Counted from the first letter of the stretch, positions 1-10,271 are shown. The stretch is DNA of 64,000 nucleotides from an uncultured Actinomycetes bacterium (GCA_963706025.1 CAVPLM010000008.1:128001-192000); one strand, 5' to 3'. Numbers and translations are program-made. The notes: a model not told the origin generated them from the letters alone.

Positions 1-265
1 ATCCCTTCCCGATCCTCTTCATGCCTTCGTCGGCGAAGATCTCGTCGGATACGCGTTCCATCTCCGCCAAGCTCTCGTACTCCCACATCTCGATGTACAT
101 GTCCGAGACGCTGCCGTACTCTTGCTTCAGCAGCTTCCACGATTTGAGGTCTTTGAACAATGCCGGGTTCTGGTCCTTGAAATCAAGAAACTCCTGAAGC
201 GCTGGATCGAAGTCCTGCAGCTTCTCCGCTCTCACGACGTATGTCTCGACGACGAACACGCTCAC
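1..265 (-). CDS. Small hypothetical protein, possibly dimeric alpha-beta barrel/NIPSNAP-like (runs off the window edge)
   Basis: Not in the ORF track. GTG at 265 overlaps the TGA of the upstream gene (GTGA) and reads MSVFVVETYVVRAEKLQDFDPALQEFL...YIEMWEYESLAEMER, open to position 1. Confidence 0.6.
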   Translation of the reverse strand, partial: MSVFVVETYVVRAEKLQDFDPALQEFLDFKDQNPALFKDLKSWKLLKQEYGSVSDMYIEMWEYESLAEMERVSDEIFADEGMKRIGKG

Positions 266-675
266 CTCGGTGCCTCCTCTCGCACGCATATCACCAGACC
301 GAGCTCGGGCTCGCCGAGCTCTCGTAGAATCTCGGCGTACATGCATCGCGTGTAGTGGTAGCCGATCTCGTTCCGCTCGTCGGTGACGCGCTGCCAGCGA
401 TGCGACCCTGCGGCCGCCGCGTCTGCTATTGCGCAGAACTCGCGCAGATCCGCCTCAGGCTCCCCCAACTCCATCCGGGGTTCGAACTCCTGCTCCTTAG
501 CCAGGTCGCGGATCACCTCGCGCGCCTCAGGCCCGAAGCGCCCTTCCATGGCGTGCAGGACCTCAACGGCGAGATCCAGCGAGACCATCATCTTGCGCCT
601 TAGCAGATCAAGAAGGGCTCTTTCGTTCTCCGGACTGATGGGCTCAGGAAGGATGCCGTTCAGGCTACCATCCAT
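262..675 (-). CDS. L-2-amino-thiazoline-4-carboxylic acid hydrolase-like protein, apparently C-terminally truncated
   Basis: YHYTRCMYAEILRELGEPELGLVIC motif; ATG 675 with GGGGAGG RBS; stops shortly after the second Cys, before the usual R.KTLM.G..CD tail. Confidence 0.6.
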   Translation of the reverse strand: MDGSLNGILPEPISPENERALLDLLRRKMMVSLDLAVEVLHAMEGRFGPEAREVIRDLAKEQEFEPRMELGEPEADLREFCAIADAAAAGSHRWQRVTDERNEIGYHYTRCMYAEILRELGEPELGLVICVREEAPR

Positions 676-927
676 GTCGCCTCCCCAGCGCTGGTCGTTT
701 GGTGCGCCTAAAGATGAGCATACAATCCGTAGGTGTGGACCGAGAAGCTGCCGCGACAGCAAGCCCGGGGCCCTGCATCGTTGTAGCGGTGTGGCTGCGC
801 GCCAGGTCACTGGTCCTACCTGAAGAGGAGGCGTTCGAGATTTGCGCCCGAAACTAGAAGAGAAGCAGTTGCTGTGCGGGATAGAGTGAGAAGGCTTTGA
901 CGCTGTGCGAAACATCACCCGCCCGAC

Positions 928-1806
928 ATGAGCCGTAAGAGCGTTCGTCGTCGACAGCGCCTTCTTGCTGTCGCGGTTCTTCTGGCCGTTGTTCTGGTAG
1001 TCGTGATGGTCGGGTTGGCTGCCTCATCCGCAGAAGTGGACACAACAGCGACATCGGTCGCCGCCACCGTCAGCACTCAGCGATCGATCTCCCAAGAAGA
1101 CCTGCCGGCTGGCCCACTTCCGGCGGAGGCCATCAAGGTCCACGTGCCCATTCTGATGTACCACTACGTAGACGACACTCCCCCACCGGCGGGCCCTTAC
1201 GCAGACGCGCTGACCACGCGGACCAAGGACTTCAGGGCGCAGATGCAATACCTCGTGGATAACGGTCATCACACCGTCAGCCTCGCCGATGTCTACTTGA
1301 CCATGGCCGGACAGGTCGAACTGCCGGCCAAGCCCATCGTGCTGACCTTCGATGATGGAGGTATCGACAACTACGAGGTGGCCTTCCCTCTACTCAAGGA
1401 GTACGGATTGACGGGTACCTTCTTCGTCATAACCGGGAGTGTGGGCAAAGAGGGCCAGATGAGCTGGGAGCAGCTCCAGGAGATGGCCGTCCAGGGAATG
1501 TCGATCCAGTCGCATACAGTCTCCCACCCCGATCTCAGGGCGGTGTCCGCGTCGAAGCTTGAATCGGAACTGGTCGACTCACGCCAGGCCATCGCGGAGG
1601 CGATCGGTGAACCGAGCTTCGTTCTCTGCTACCCGGCGGGCACCTACGACAGCAGAGTCATCGAGGCGACACGAGCCGCAGGCTACGTGATGGCGGTGGC
1701 AACCGACAAGGGCCGGGAGGGAGATCCAGCGGCGGTCTACGAAATGAAGCGCCGAAGGATACAGGCTTTCCTGCCACTCGCCACTTTTGCGAAGCTTGCT
1801 CAGTGA
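928..1806 (+). CDS. Secreted/membrane-anchored polysaccharide deacetylase (CE4/NodB family)
   Basis: N-terminal hydrophobic segment; PILMYH, LTFDDG, SHTVSHPDL, CYPAG motifs. Confidence 0.92.
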   Translation: MSRKSVRRRQRLLAVAVLLAVVLVVVMVGLAASSAEVDTTATSVAATVSTQRSISQEDLPAGPLPAEAIKVHVPILMYHYVDDTPPPAGPYADALTTRTKDFRAQMQYLVDNGHHTVSLADVYLTMAGQVELPAKPIVLTFDDGGIDNYEVAFPLLKEYGLTGTFFVITGSVGKEGQMSWEQLQEMAVQGMSIQSHTVSHPDLRAVSASKLESELVDSRQAIAEAIGEPSFVLCYPAGTYDSRVIEATRAAGYVMAVATDKGREGDPAAVYEMKRRRIQAFLPLATFAKLAQ

Positions 1807-1812
1807 GGTTGA

Positions 1813-2337
1813 AGCACGAGCACGACGGCGGGGTCAACTTTCATCACCGTCCCCCCAGGCACGGGCGCGACCGCCCCACCACCTTTCGGCGGGACCACTT
1901 CCCCGGAGACAACCGTATTCACCGGCACGACGGAGCCTGGAAGCCAGACCCGAGCGCTCACGTTTCTCGGACCTGTGAGCCAGGGCACTTGGCGGGCCTT
2001 GCGCGAGATCGTCGTGAGCGCCCAAGACGACGGGCAGAGGGTGCTCGACGACGTGGCTGCACTCGCCGCGGGACCCCCGGTCGATGCCGGCACGGCCGAA
2101 CTGGATTCGGTGAGCGGTACCGGGGTCACCGCGGGAGCGAGTACCAGCCAGCCTATCGGCGTCGCCGTCGGTGATGACGGGAACCAGGTCATGGTATTCG
2201 CCTACACCGTGACGGGCGAGCCGGACGCGACCACCATGGTGGGGTTCGAGAGGCGGACAAACCTCGTAGAGTTGGTCGAGGGGCCTCTGCCAATCTCGAA
2301 TTCCACTGGCAACATGACCACCATACCCTCGCCGTGA
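1813..2337 (+). pseudogene. 5'-truncated remnant of a secreted protein (Ser/Thr/Pro-rich linker plus small domain)
   Basis: Frame is open from 1813 (STSTTAGSTFITVPPGTGATAPPP...) into ORF 1975..2337, with no convincing start or signal peptide. Confidence 0.45.
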
Positions 2338-2362
2338 ATGGAACGACTGACTCAATGGCCTC

Positions 2363-2407
2363 GTGCCCCGCAGACGGTACCGGGGGTTCGAATCCCCCCT
2401 CTGCACC
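2363..2407 (+). pseudogene. tRNA 3'-half fragment (Ser-like, long variable arm), possible att-site scar
   Basis: GTGCC...GGTAC variable-arm stem, T-arm GGGGG-TTCGAAT-CCCCC, degenerate acceptor strand CTCTGCACC; no D or anticodon arm upstream. Confidence 0.65.
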
Positions 2408-2660
2408 TTTTCCAGGCAATTCTCACAGTGAAGCCCGGTAGCCGAGATGGGACTTTCGTGTCTCTGGAGACCCCTTGGTGACATACTGTGACGAACTCGG
2501 CACCAGCGGGCGTCACCAGCGGGCGAGCGTAGACGGACGGGACGGACCGAATGAACAACCGGGGACCTTGACTCGGTTAGGGGGTTGTGAGAAAAAGAGG
2601 CCTCGATTCCGGTAGGGACCGAGAGTGAGGAGCAGCGATGACCGGTGCAGCAGGGGCGAC

Positions 2661-4521
2661 ATGCCGGACCCGAACGTGAACCAGGACCAAGCGGCGCGCC
2701 AGGACCAGCCGACGCAGGAGCGCCAGGACTTCCTCCGGGAGATGGTCCAGCAGGACCTGGCCGCGGGCCGCATCAGCGGCGTGGTGACGCGTTTCCCGCC
2801 GGAGCCCAACGGCTACCTCCACATCGGCCACGCCAAGTCCATCTGCCTGAACTTCGGCATCGCCCGCCAGTTCGGCGGGCAGTGCAACCTGCGCATGGAC
2901 GACACGAATCCGGCCAAGGAGGACGTCGAGTACGTCGACTCCATCACGGCGGACGTGAAGTGGCTCATCGCCGGTTGGGCGGACCACTGTCTGGGCCTGA
3001 AGCCGGTCGGCCGGCTGGCGGAGAAGCGCGACGTGGGAGGCCGCGAGGACTACTACCTTGCCCCGGTCATGCCGGCGGCAAGAGCCGCGCGGCGGAAGGC
3101 GCTGGAGCCGTTCTACGCCTCCGACTATTTCGAGCCGCTCTACGAGTACGCGCTCGAGCTGGTCCGCAGGGGCAAGGCCTACGTCTGCGACCACACGCCC
3201 GAGGAGGTGGACGCGATGCGCGGCGCGCCCGACCGGCCGGCGCAGGAGAGCGCCTACCGGGACCGCCCGGTGGCGGAGAACCTCGACCTGTTCCAGCGGA
3301 TGCGCGCCGGCGAGTTCCCGGACGGCGCCCGCACGCTGCGTGCGAAGATCGACCTGCGCGCGCCCAACGTCTGGCTGCGCGACCCGGTGCTCTACCGCAT
3401 CCGCCACGCCTCGCACCATCACACGGGCGACCAGTGGTGCATCTACCCGATGTACGACTTCGCGCACGGCCTGAGCGACTACATCGAAGGCATCACCCAC
3501 AGCATCTGCACGCTCGAGTTCGAGGTGCACCGGCCGCTGTACGAATGGATCCTCGAGGCCCTCGAGTTGCCCCGGTCGCACCCGCGCCAGCGCGAGTTCG
3601 CGCGCCTCAACGTGACCTACACGGTGATGAGCAAGCGCAAGCTGCTCAGGCTCGTGCAGGAGGGGCAGGTCCGGGGCTGGGACGACCCGCGCATGCCGAC
3701 CATCTCAGGTATGCGGCGACGCGGCTACCCGGCCGAGGCGATCCGCGCGTTCTGTGAGCGCATCGGCGTCGCGAAGCGCGAGAACATGGTCGAGTTGGGG
3801 CTGCTGGAGCACTTCGTGCGCGAGGACCTCAACCGCCGGGCCCCGCGCGCCATGGCGGTACTGCGACCGCTCCGGGTCGTGATCGAGAACTACCCCGAGG
3901 GGCAGGTCGAGGAGATGGAGGCGGTCAACAACCCCGAGGACGCCGCGATGGGCACCCGCCGGGTGCCATTCTCCCGGGTCATCTACATCGAGCAGGACGA
4001 CTTTCGCGAGGTGCCGCCGCCGAAGTACCACCGCCTGAGCCCGGGAGTGGAGGTGCGGCTGCGCTACGCGTACCTGATCACCTGCACCGGCGTGGTCCGG
4101 GACCCGCAGAGCGGCGAGGTCGTCGAGGTGCGGGCCCGCTACGACCCCGCCACGCGCGGCGGCAGCGCGCCCGACGGGCGCAAGGTCAAGGCCACCATCC
4201 ACTGGGTGTCGGCGGCGCATGCCCTCGACGCCGAGGTGCGGCTCTACGAGACGCTCTTCGCGGTGGAGAACCCGGAGGATGTGCCCGAGGGCCAGGACTT
4301 CACCCAGACGCTCAACCCGAGTTCGCTGGAGATCCTGCAGGGCTCCAAGCTCGAGCCGTCGCTGGCCGGCGGCGGCCCCGGGATCGCGCTTCCAGTTCGA
4401 ACGGCTGGGCTATTTCTGCGCCGATCCGGAGGACTCCCGCCCCGGTGTCCCCGTCTTCAACCGCACCGTCACCATGAAGGACGCCTGGGCCAGGATCGAG
4501 AGGAAGCAGGGCCAAGGCTAG
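2661..4521 (+). CDS. glnS: Glutaminyl-tRNA synthetase (frameshift near 4368)
   Basis: [18 protein letters not shown] (HIGH), [19 protein letters not shown]; the conserved C-terminus [13 protein letters not shown]...FNRTVTMKD lies in another frame (ORF 4219..4521). Confidence 0.95.
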
Positions 4522-4607
4522 GCTGCATCCCGGCCGCGATGGTAAACTTCCTCGCGCTTCGTCTGGGGCGGGGCCTTGGGTTACATTCCCTGCCGCATCG
4601 AATCGAT

Positions 4608-4681
4608 TGCCCGGTGGTGTAACGGCAGCACGACTGGCTCTGGACCAGTTAGCCGAGGTTCGAATCCTCGCCGGGCAGCCA
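4608..4681 (+). tRNA. tRNA-Gln(CTG)
   Basis: Full cloverleaf: acceptor TGCCCGG/CCGGGCA, anticodon arm ACTGG-CT-CTG-GA-CCAGT, T-arm CGAGG-TTCGAAT-CCTCG, encoded CCA. Confidence 0.97.
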
Positions 4682-4837
4682 TCTTCGCCGCGAGTGCCGC
4701 GAGTGCCGCGTTCAGATTCATCGTTCGCCGAGAAACCTACGCTATTTGGATGGGGTCAGGTTTCGACCCGGCAAATCTGGCCCACTACTCAACCGGCGGC
4801 GACACTTGAGGAGGCCGCCGGTGTCGTTTGAACGCAG

Positions 4838-4875
4838 TGGTGGTGTCTAACCCTTGTTCGGGTTAGACACCACCA
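4838..4875. repeat. Perfect 16-bp inverted repeat (hairpin)
   Basis: TGGTGGTGTCTAACCC-ttgttc-GGGTTAGACACCACCA. Confidence 0.85.
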
Positions 4876-5091
4876 GACAGGTTGGGGGGTCACAGCTCAA
4901 GGAGGGGGGTTGAGCAATGTGGTGTGACTCCACAACCAATATGCTTGCACCATCAACCTGAATCGCTCCTGAACGCCTGGGTCAAAGCCGGCGTCCCGCC
5001 CAAGCCACAACTCGTTCAGGTACAGATAAGCCGGACCGTGCGACAATGTGGGTGTCCAAGCTTTTGCAGTACTAACGAGGAGAGTATTCGG

Positions 5092-5373
5092 ATGCCTGGT
5101 TGGTTAGGCCCCTGGGAGATCCTTATCGTTGTCGTCATCATCTTGCTGATCTTCGGAGGCAAGTTGATCCCGCGTATCGGCTCTTCATTTGGTCGTTCGT
5201 TAGTGGGGCTCAAGAAAGGGCTCAAGGAAGGCGAAGAGGAGTTCAAGTCGGCGGTCAAGGAAGACGTGAAGGTCGACACCAAGACCGATGACGGCTCTGC
5301 TGGGACTGCACCGCAAGTGAAGAACAGCGCCGATGAGACCGCGACTGAGGCCGAGAAGACCGAGCAGGGCTGA
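5092..5373 (+). CDS. tatA: Twin-arginine translocase TatA/TatE subunit
   Basis: LGPWEILIVVVIILLIFGGKLIPRIGSSFGRSLVGLKKGL then charged tail; GAGGAG RBS. Confidence 0.9.
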   Translation: MPGWLGPWEILIVVVIILLIFGGKLIPRIGSSFGRSLVGLKKGLKEGEEEFKSAVKEDVKVDTKTDDGSAGTAPQVKNSADETATEAEKTEQG

Positions 5374-5531
5374 CGGCTCAGGGATCCCAGACGCTTCATC
5401 TCTCGGCGCGGACGGGGCAGGGCCTTCGACTCGTCCAGCCGGCCATTGTCCCTGCGCTTCCTCCTCCGTATAGTGGACGGCAAGACTCGACTGCATTGCG
5501 GCGGCCACGCCGCTCGACGCTGGGGGGCGAC

Positions 5532-7235
5532 ATGATCCTCGACGCACACGACCGAGTTGCCGAGTACACCGCGGCGGGCATCTGGGGCGACAAGACGCTG
5601 ATGGACCTGGTGATCGAAACCGCGGCGCTGACACCGGACGCCGAGGCGCTGGTCGACCCGCCCAACCGCGCCGACCTCATGCCCGGCGAGCCGCGACGGC
5701 TCACCTATCGCGAGCTCGTGGCGCAGGTGGACGATCTCGCCGCGGCGCTTCTCGGCGCCGGCCTGCGCAAGGACGACGTACTCATGGTGCAACTGCCGAA
5801 CACCGTCGAGATCGTCGAGGTGCTGCTGGCCTGTGCCCGTCTAGGCGTGATCTGCAGCCCCGTGCCCGTGCAGTTCCGCACCCACGAGCTGCGCTACGTG
5901 ATGCCGCTGCTCGAGCCCAAGGCCTTCATCACCTGCGTCGAGTTCGAGGGCCACGCCCATCTCAACATGGTGCGCGGCCTGCAGCCCGAGTTCCCCAGCC
6001 TCACCACCATCATCGCCACCGGGGGCGACGTGCCTGCCGGGGTCGTCGCGCTCGATGCGCTGCTCCTCGAGCCGCAGGACACCGCCGCCCTCCGCGCCGA
6101 GCTCGAGCTCCATCCGGTGGACGCCAACGACATCTTCACGGTCTGTTGGACCTCCGGCACCGAGGCGGACCCGAAGGGCGTCCCCCGCAGCCACAATCAC
6201 TGGATGGCGCCGGCCTGGGCTCCCGTCGACGGGGCCCGGCTCCCGCGCGGGTGCACCGTCCTCTGCCCCTTCCCGATGGTCAACCTGTCGGGCATCGGAG
6301 CGATGATGACCGTGTGGATCCTCACCGGCGGCAAGATGGCCCTGCATCATCCCTTCAGCCTCCCTGTGTACCTGCAGCAGATCGCCGTGGAGAAAGCCCA
6401 GTTCCCCGTGGCTCCGCCCGTCCTCTTGACGCTGCTCCTGCGCAACGAGGAACTGCTCGCCAAGGCCGACCTCTCCTCGGTGATCTGCATCGGCTCCGGT
6501 TCGGCGCCTCTTTCTCCGGCGATGGTCGCCGGGTGGCAGGAGCGCGGCATCGTGGTGATGAACTTCTACGCCGCCAACGAGGGCCAGGTACTGGCGAGCG
6601 GCATCGACGACTGCCCCGACCCCGAGGACCGGGCGCGCTTCTTCCCCCGGTTCGGCGCCGAGGGCTTCGCCTTCACCAACCGCTGCACGCGCGGTATGCA
6701 GAGCCGATTGGTCGACCCGGTGACGGGAGAGGTCATTGAGGAGCCCGGCCTACTCGGCGAGCTCCGCGTCAAAGGCCCGACTATGTTCCCCGGCTATTGG
6801 CGGCGGCCCGACCTGACGGCGAAGGCCTTCGACGACGAGGGCTACTTCCGCACCGGCGACCTCTTCGAGGTCGGCATGGCCGGGGGCGAGCCGTCCCGCT
6901 ATCGCTTCGTCGGACGGCTCAAAGACCTCATCGTGCGCGGCGGGTTCAAGATCGCCCCCGAGGAGGTCGAGAACCTGCTCGCGGGGATGCCTGCGATCCA
7001 AGAAGCGGCGGTGGTCGGACTGCCGAACCCACGGACCGGGGACGAGGACGTCTGCGTGGTCGTGGTCCCCAAGGCGGAGCACACCGTGACGTTGGCGGAC
7101 ATCAAGGCGTTTCTGAAGGACAAGGACGTCGCAGCGTACAAGGTCCCGCGCAAGCTCGTGGTATTCGATTCTCTGCCGCGCAACGCCCTCGGGAAGGTGA
7201 TCAAGCGCGAGATCAGGGAGAGGGTCGGGGCCTAG
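5532..7235 (+). CDS. Class I adenylate-forming enzyme (acyl-CoA synthetase)
   Basis: WTSGTEADPKG P-loop, YFRTGD, GRLKDLIVRGG, LPRNALGKV. Confidence 0.92.
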   Translation: MILDAHDRVAEYTAAGIWGDKTLMDLVIETAALTPDAEALVDPPNRADLMPGEPRRLTYRELVAQVDDLAAALLGAGLRKDDVLMVQLPNTVEIVEVLLACARLGVICSPVPVQFRTHELRYVMPLLEPKAFITCVEFEGHAHLNMVRGLQPEFPSLTTIIATGGDVPAGVVALDALLLEPQDTAALRAELELHPVDANDIFTVCWTSGTEADPKGVPRSHNHWMAPAWAPVDGARLPRGCTVLCPFPMVNLSGIGAMMTVWILTGGKMALHHPFSLPVYLQQIAVEKAQFPVAPPVLLTLLLRNEELLAKADLSSVICIGSGSAPLSPAMVAGWQERGIVVMNFYAANEGQVLASGIDDCPDPEDRARFFPRFGAEGFAFTNRCTRGMQSRLVDPVTGEVIEEPGLLGELRVKGPTMFPGYWRRPDLTAKAFDDEGYFRTGDLFEVGMAGGEPSRYRFVGRLKDLIVRGGFKIAPEEVENLLAGMPAIQEAAVVGLPNPRTGDEDVCVVVVPKAEHTVTLADIKAFLKDKDVAAYKVPRKLVVFDSLPRNALGKVIKREIRERVGA

Positions 7236-7273
7236 GCTCGCACAGGCCGCCCGGGCAGCGCGCGGGGCCCGGG

Positions 7274-8521
7274 TCACTCCTCGTAGCGCCGGAATACGAG
7301 GGAGACGTCGTGACCGCCGAACCCGAACGAGTTCGACATCGCCGTGCGTACCGGCACGGTCCGCGCCGTATTGGGCACATAGTCGAGGTCGCAGGCCGGG
7401 TCCGGGTCGGTGAGGTTGATGGTGGGCGGTATCGCGCCCTCGGTGATCGCGCGCACGCAGAACAGCGCTTCGATGGCGCCGGCGGCGCCCAGCAGGTGCC
7501 CGGTCATCGACTTCGTCGACGAGACGGGCACCTGAGCCGCCCGCGGGCCGAAGGCGACCTTCAGGGCGCGCGTCTCGCTGATGTCGCCGGCCGGCGTGGA
7601 GGTCCCGTGGGCGTTCACGTAATCGACCTCGTCCGGAGACATACCCGCCTCCCTCAGCGCGGCGGCCATGGCCCGCGCCTGGGATTCGCCCGTCTCGTCG
7701 GGCAACGCCATGTGGAAGGCCTCCGAGCTCATCCCGTAGCCCACGATCTCCGCGTGGATCCGCGCCCCGCGGGCGCGGGCGTGTTCGAGCTCCTCGAGCA
7801 CGAGGATGCCCGCGCCCTCACCGATGACGAACCCGTCGCGGCCGGCGTCGAAGGGGCGGGATGCCTCCTGCGGTGCCTCGTTGCGCGTGCTCAGGGCCCG
7901 CATCACGTCGAAGGCACCCACGCCGATCTCGTTGATGCCCGCGTCGGTGCCCCCGGCGAGCATCGCCACGGCGGCGCCGCGGCGGACGATCTCGAACGCG
8001 TCGCCGATCGCGTTGGCGCCGGCGGAACACGCGGTGCAGACGGCGCTCAGCGGACCCTTGAGCCCGAGCTCCAGCGAGACCTGCGCCGCGGCCATGTTGG
8101 GGAGCATCATCACCGCAAAGAACGGGCTCAGGCGCTTCGGTCCCTCGGTGAGCAGCACCCGCGACTGCTGCTCGAACGTGCCCAGCCCGCCGACGCCGCT
8201 GGCCACGACGGCCCCGATGAGCTCCGGCTCCGCCGCCACGGCCAGCCCCGCGTCCTGCACCGCCTGGCGGGCCGATGCTACCGCGTACTGTGAGTAAGGG
8301 TCCATGCGCCGCGCGGCGCGCTTCTCCATGAAGTCCTCGGGGTCGAAGCCCCGCACCTCACCGGCGATGCGCGAGGTCAGACGTGAGGCGTCGAACTTGG
8401 TGATGGCACCGATGCCGCTCTCCCCGGCGAGCAGCCGGCTCCAGACCGTCTGGCCGTCGTTGCCCAGGGGGCAGATGATGCCCGATCCGGTGATGACCAC
8501 TCGACGTGGCCCGTCATTCAT
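7274..8521 (-). CDS. fabF: Beta-ketoacyl-ACP synthase II
   Basis: RRVVITG, TACSAG catalytic Cys, NAHGTST, TKSMTGHLLGA, SNSFGFGG. Confidence 0.95.
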   Translation of the reverse strand: MNDGPRRVVITGSGIICPLGNDGQTVWSRLLAGESGIGAITKFDASRLTSRIAGEVRGFDPEDFMEKRAARRMDPYSQYAVASARQAVQDAGLAVAAEPELIGAVVASGVGGLGTFEQQSRVLLTEGPKRLSPFFAVMMLPNMAAAQVSLELGLKGPLSAVCTACSAGANAIGDAFEIVRRGAAVAMLAGGTDAGINEIGVGAFDVMRALSTRNEAPQEASRPFDAGRDGFVIGEGAGILVLEELEHARARGARIHAEIVGYGMSSEAFHMALPDETGESQARAMAAALREAGMSPDEVDYVNAHGTSTPAGDISETRALKVAFGPRAAQVPVSSTKSMTGHLLGAAGAIEALFCVRAITEGAIPPTINLTDPDPACDLDYVPNTARTVPVRTAMSNSFGFGGHDVSLVFRRYEE

Positions 8522-8778
8522 GCCCGGTCTCCTTCGCAGGGCTGAGGGCGTGCACTCCCGCCTGGGGCACGCCCTCGCGCGTCGGTCGCCAGTAGATAGT
8601 GTGACACATCCCACTGGCGCCCGCCGTCGCATGCGAACGTCCCGGCGCAGGCCAGCAGGAAGAGCCGCCAGTCGACCTGCGGTTCGCTTGCGAAGCAAGA
8701 AGGAAAAGGTGCATGATACGAGTGGAGCTGTGCCAGAGACCAGTTCGACTCGGCCGCTCTGTCATTTCTGAGACGCGA

Positions 8779-8801
8779 AAACGGGTCTTGCTGACCCGTT
8801 T
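8779..8801. terminator. Terminator-like hairpin just upstream of the corA-family gene
   Basis: AAACGGGTC-ttgct-GACCCGTTT, 9-bp stem. Confidence 0.4.
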
Positions 8802-8837
8802 GTCCCATCCCTACGCCGGGCCACGTGGAGGCCGACT

Positions 8838-9804
8838 GTGAAAGTGACGTGGTACCTGCTTGACTCCGGCAGATTCATTGAGGGTTCAGCCCCCGCCGGA
8901 TGGCAAGCGGCGAGCCTAGACCCGACGAGCGAGATCTGGCTCGATATTGAGAACCCCGAACCAGAGCAGCTCCGCACACTCGCTAGCGCCTCTTGCGCTT
9001 CATCCCCTTGCGCTCGCGCGCTGTCTGATCCCCAAGAACATACCGGGGGTGCTGTCTTTCGAGTCGGCGGTCCTGCTGGAGTTCCCGGCGGTGCTCGCAG
9101 CTGAAGCCAACGACCCCGCATACCTGACGCTGGTTCTGCGGGCCGGTGTGCTGCTGACCCTTCGCTCAGCCCCGATGCCGGCTCTCGATGATCTCGTTCA
9201 GGAACTTATGGGGGACAAAGCAGCGGCCAGCGAGGACCTTGCTCAGCTCATGTATCTCATCCTCGATCACCTGGCCGATCTGAGCGTAAGAGCTGAGATC
9301 GACGTCCGCGATCAAGTGCTGCGCACTGCTCGGACTCTCACTGAGGATCCAGCCAGAGTCGACGCGGCGGAGCTGACGAGGCTGAGGTGGCAAGTGGACA
9401 GGCTGGCTTCTCTCATCGAGAACCAGCTCTATAGCGTCGTCGGACTCAAGGCCTCGGACAACCCGGCTCTGAAGCAGCCTCATCGCGACGCATATCTGCA
9501 GGACCTCGTGTCGGAGCTGGAGCTCGCGCAGAGGGGGACCTATCGCCTTGACAGTCGGGTCAATGATCTCTACAGCTACTACCAGATGACCCAGAGCGAC
9601 CAGGTGGACAGGCGCTTGCGCATCCTGACCATCGTGTCGGTGATCGCTCTGCCGCTAGGCCTGATCGCCGGACTGCTGGGAATGAACGTAGGCGGTCTCC
9701 CGGCCACCGAGACCCCGTGGGGATTCGGTATCGTGATGGTGCTCATGGTGGGCATAGCCTTGACCGAGCTGCTCTACTTCAAGCGTAGGGGCTGGTTTCG
9801 CTGA
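8838..9804 (+). CDS. CorA/ZntB-family divalent cation transporter (frameshift near 8981)
   Basis: N-terminal IWLDIENPE in ORF 8838; LHPLAL, two C-terminal TM helices and the GMN motif (LLGMNVGGLP) in ORF 8947..9804. Confidence 0.85.
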
Positions 9805-9879
9805 GTCGCTCATGATCGTGGTTCCGGACTAGAGGGTGAGGGAGGGACCGCAACGCCCCCGGTGATCGTCACCAGCGGG

Positions 9880-9905
9880 GTTTGGACCCCGGGGATTACA
9901 GGTAC
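9880..9905 (+). promoter_or_regulatory. Putative SigB/SigF-type promoter
   Basis: GTTT-N16-AGGTAC upstream of a GlsB/YeaQ stress gene. Confidence 0.4.
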
Positions 9906-9978
9906 ACCGATAGAGACTCTGGGCAACAGGCGCAGAGACCGGGGTCACGCAACGCGATCCTCTTTAGGGGGTTCGATC

Positions 9979-10209
9979 ATGGGCATTCTGGCGTGGATCG
10001 TGTTCGGTGGCCTGGCCGGCTTGGTGGCCGGATTCCTCACCGGCGGCGGTGGAGGCATCATCTACAACATCATCGTAGGCATCGTGGGCGCCCTGCTGGG
10101 TGGGTTCATCATGAACGCGTTCGGAAGCACAGGCGTCACCGGATGGAACTGGCGAAGTTTCGGGGTGGCCGTCCTCGGGGCGGTAGTGCTGCTGACATAC
10201 TGGGACTGA
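9979..10209 (+). CDS. GlsB/YeaQ/YmgE family stress-response membrane protein
   Basis: MGILAWIVFGGLAGLVA...NIIVGIVGALLGG...SFGVAVLGAVVLL; the last codons may be affected by an indel. Confidence 0.9.
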   Translation: MGILAWIVFGGLAGLVAGFLTGGGGGIIYNIIVGIVGALLGGFIMNAFGSTGVTGWNWRSFGVAVLGAVVLLTYWD

Positions 10210-10271
10210 TCGCGGGCGAACGCGGCCCGCGGGCGGGGCCGCTAAGCTCAGGTTCCCGCCGAAAGGAGAGC

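Noticed and set aside
1804-1812. Selenocysteine or readthrough fusion of the deacetylase with the downstream in-frame ORF
   Set aside because: Two TGA codons in three positions, the deacetylase domain is already complete, and no convincing SECIS is visible.
4360-4385. Programmed frameshift in glnS
   Set aside because: No slippery heptamer; similar isolated indels occur in many unrelated genes, which points to sequence error.
8600-8837. M-box (ykoK) riboswitch upstream of the corA-family gene
   Set aside because: The conserved M-box core sequence is not recognisable.
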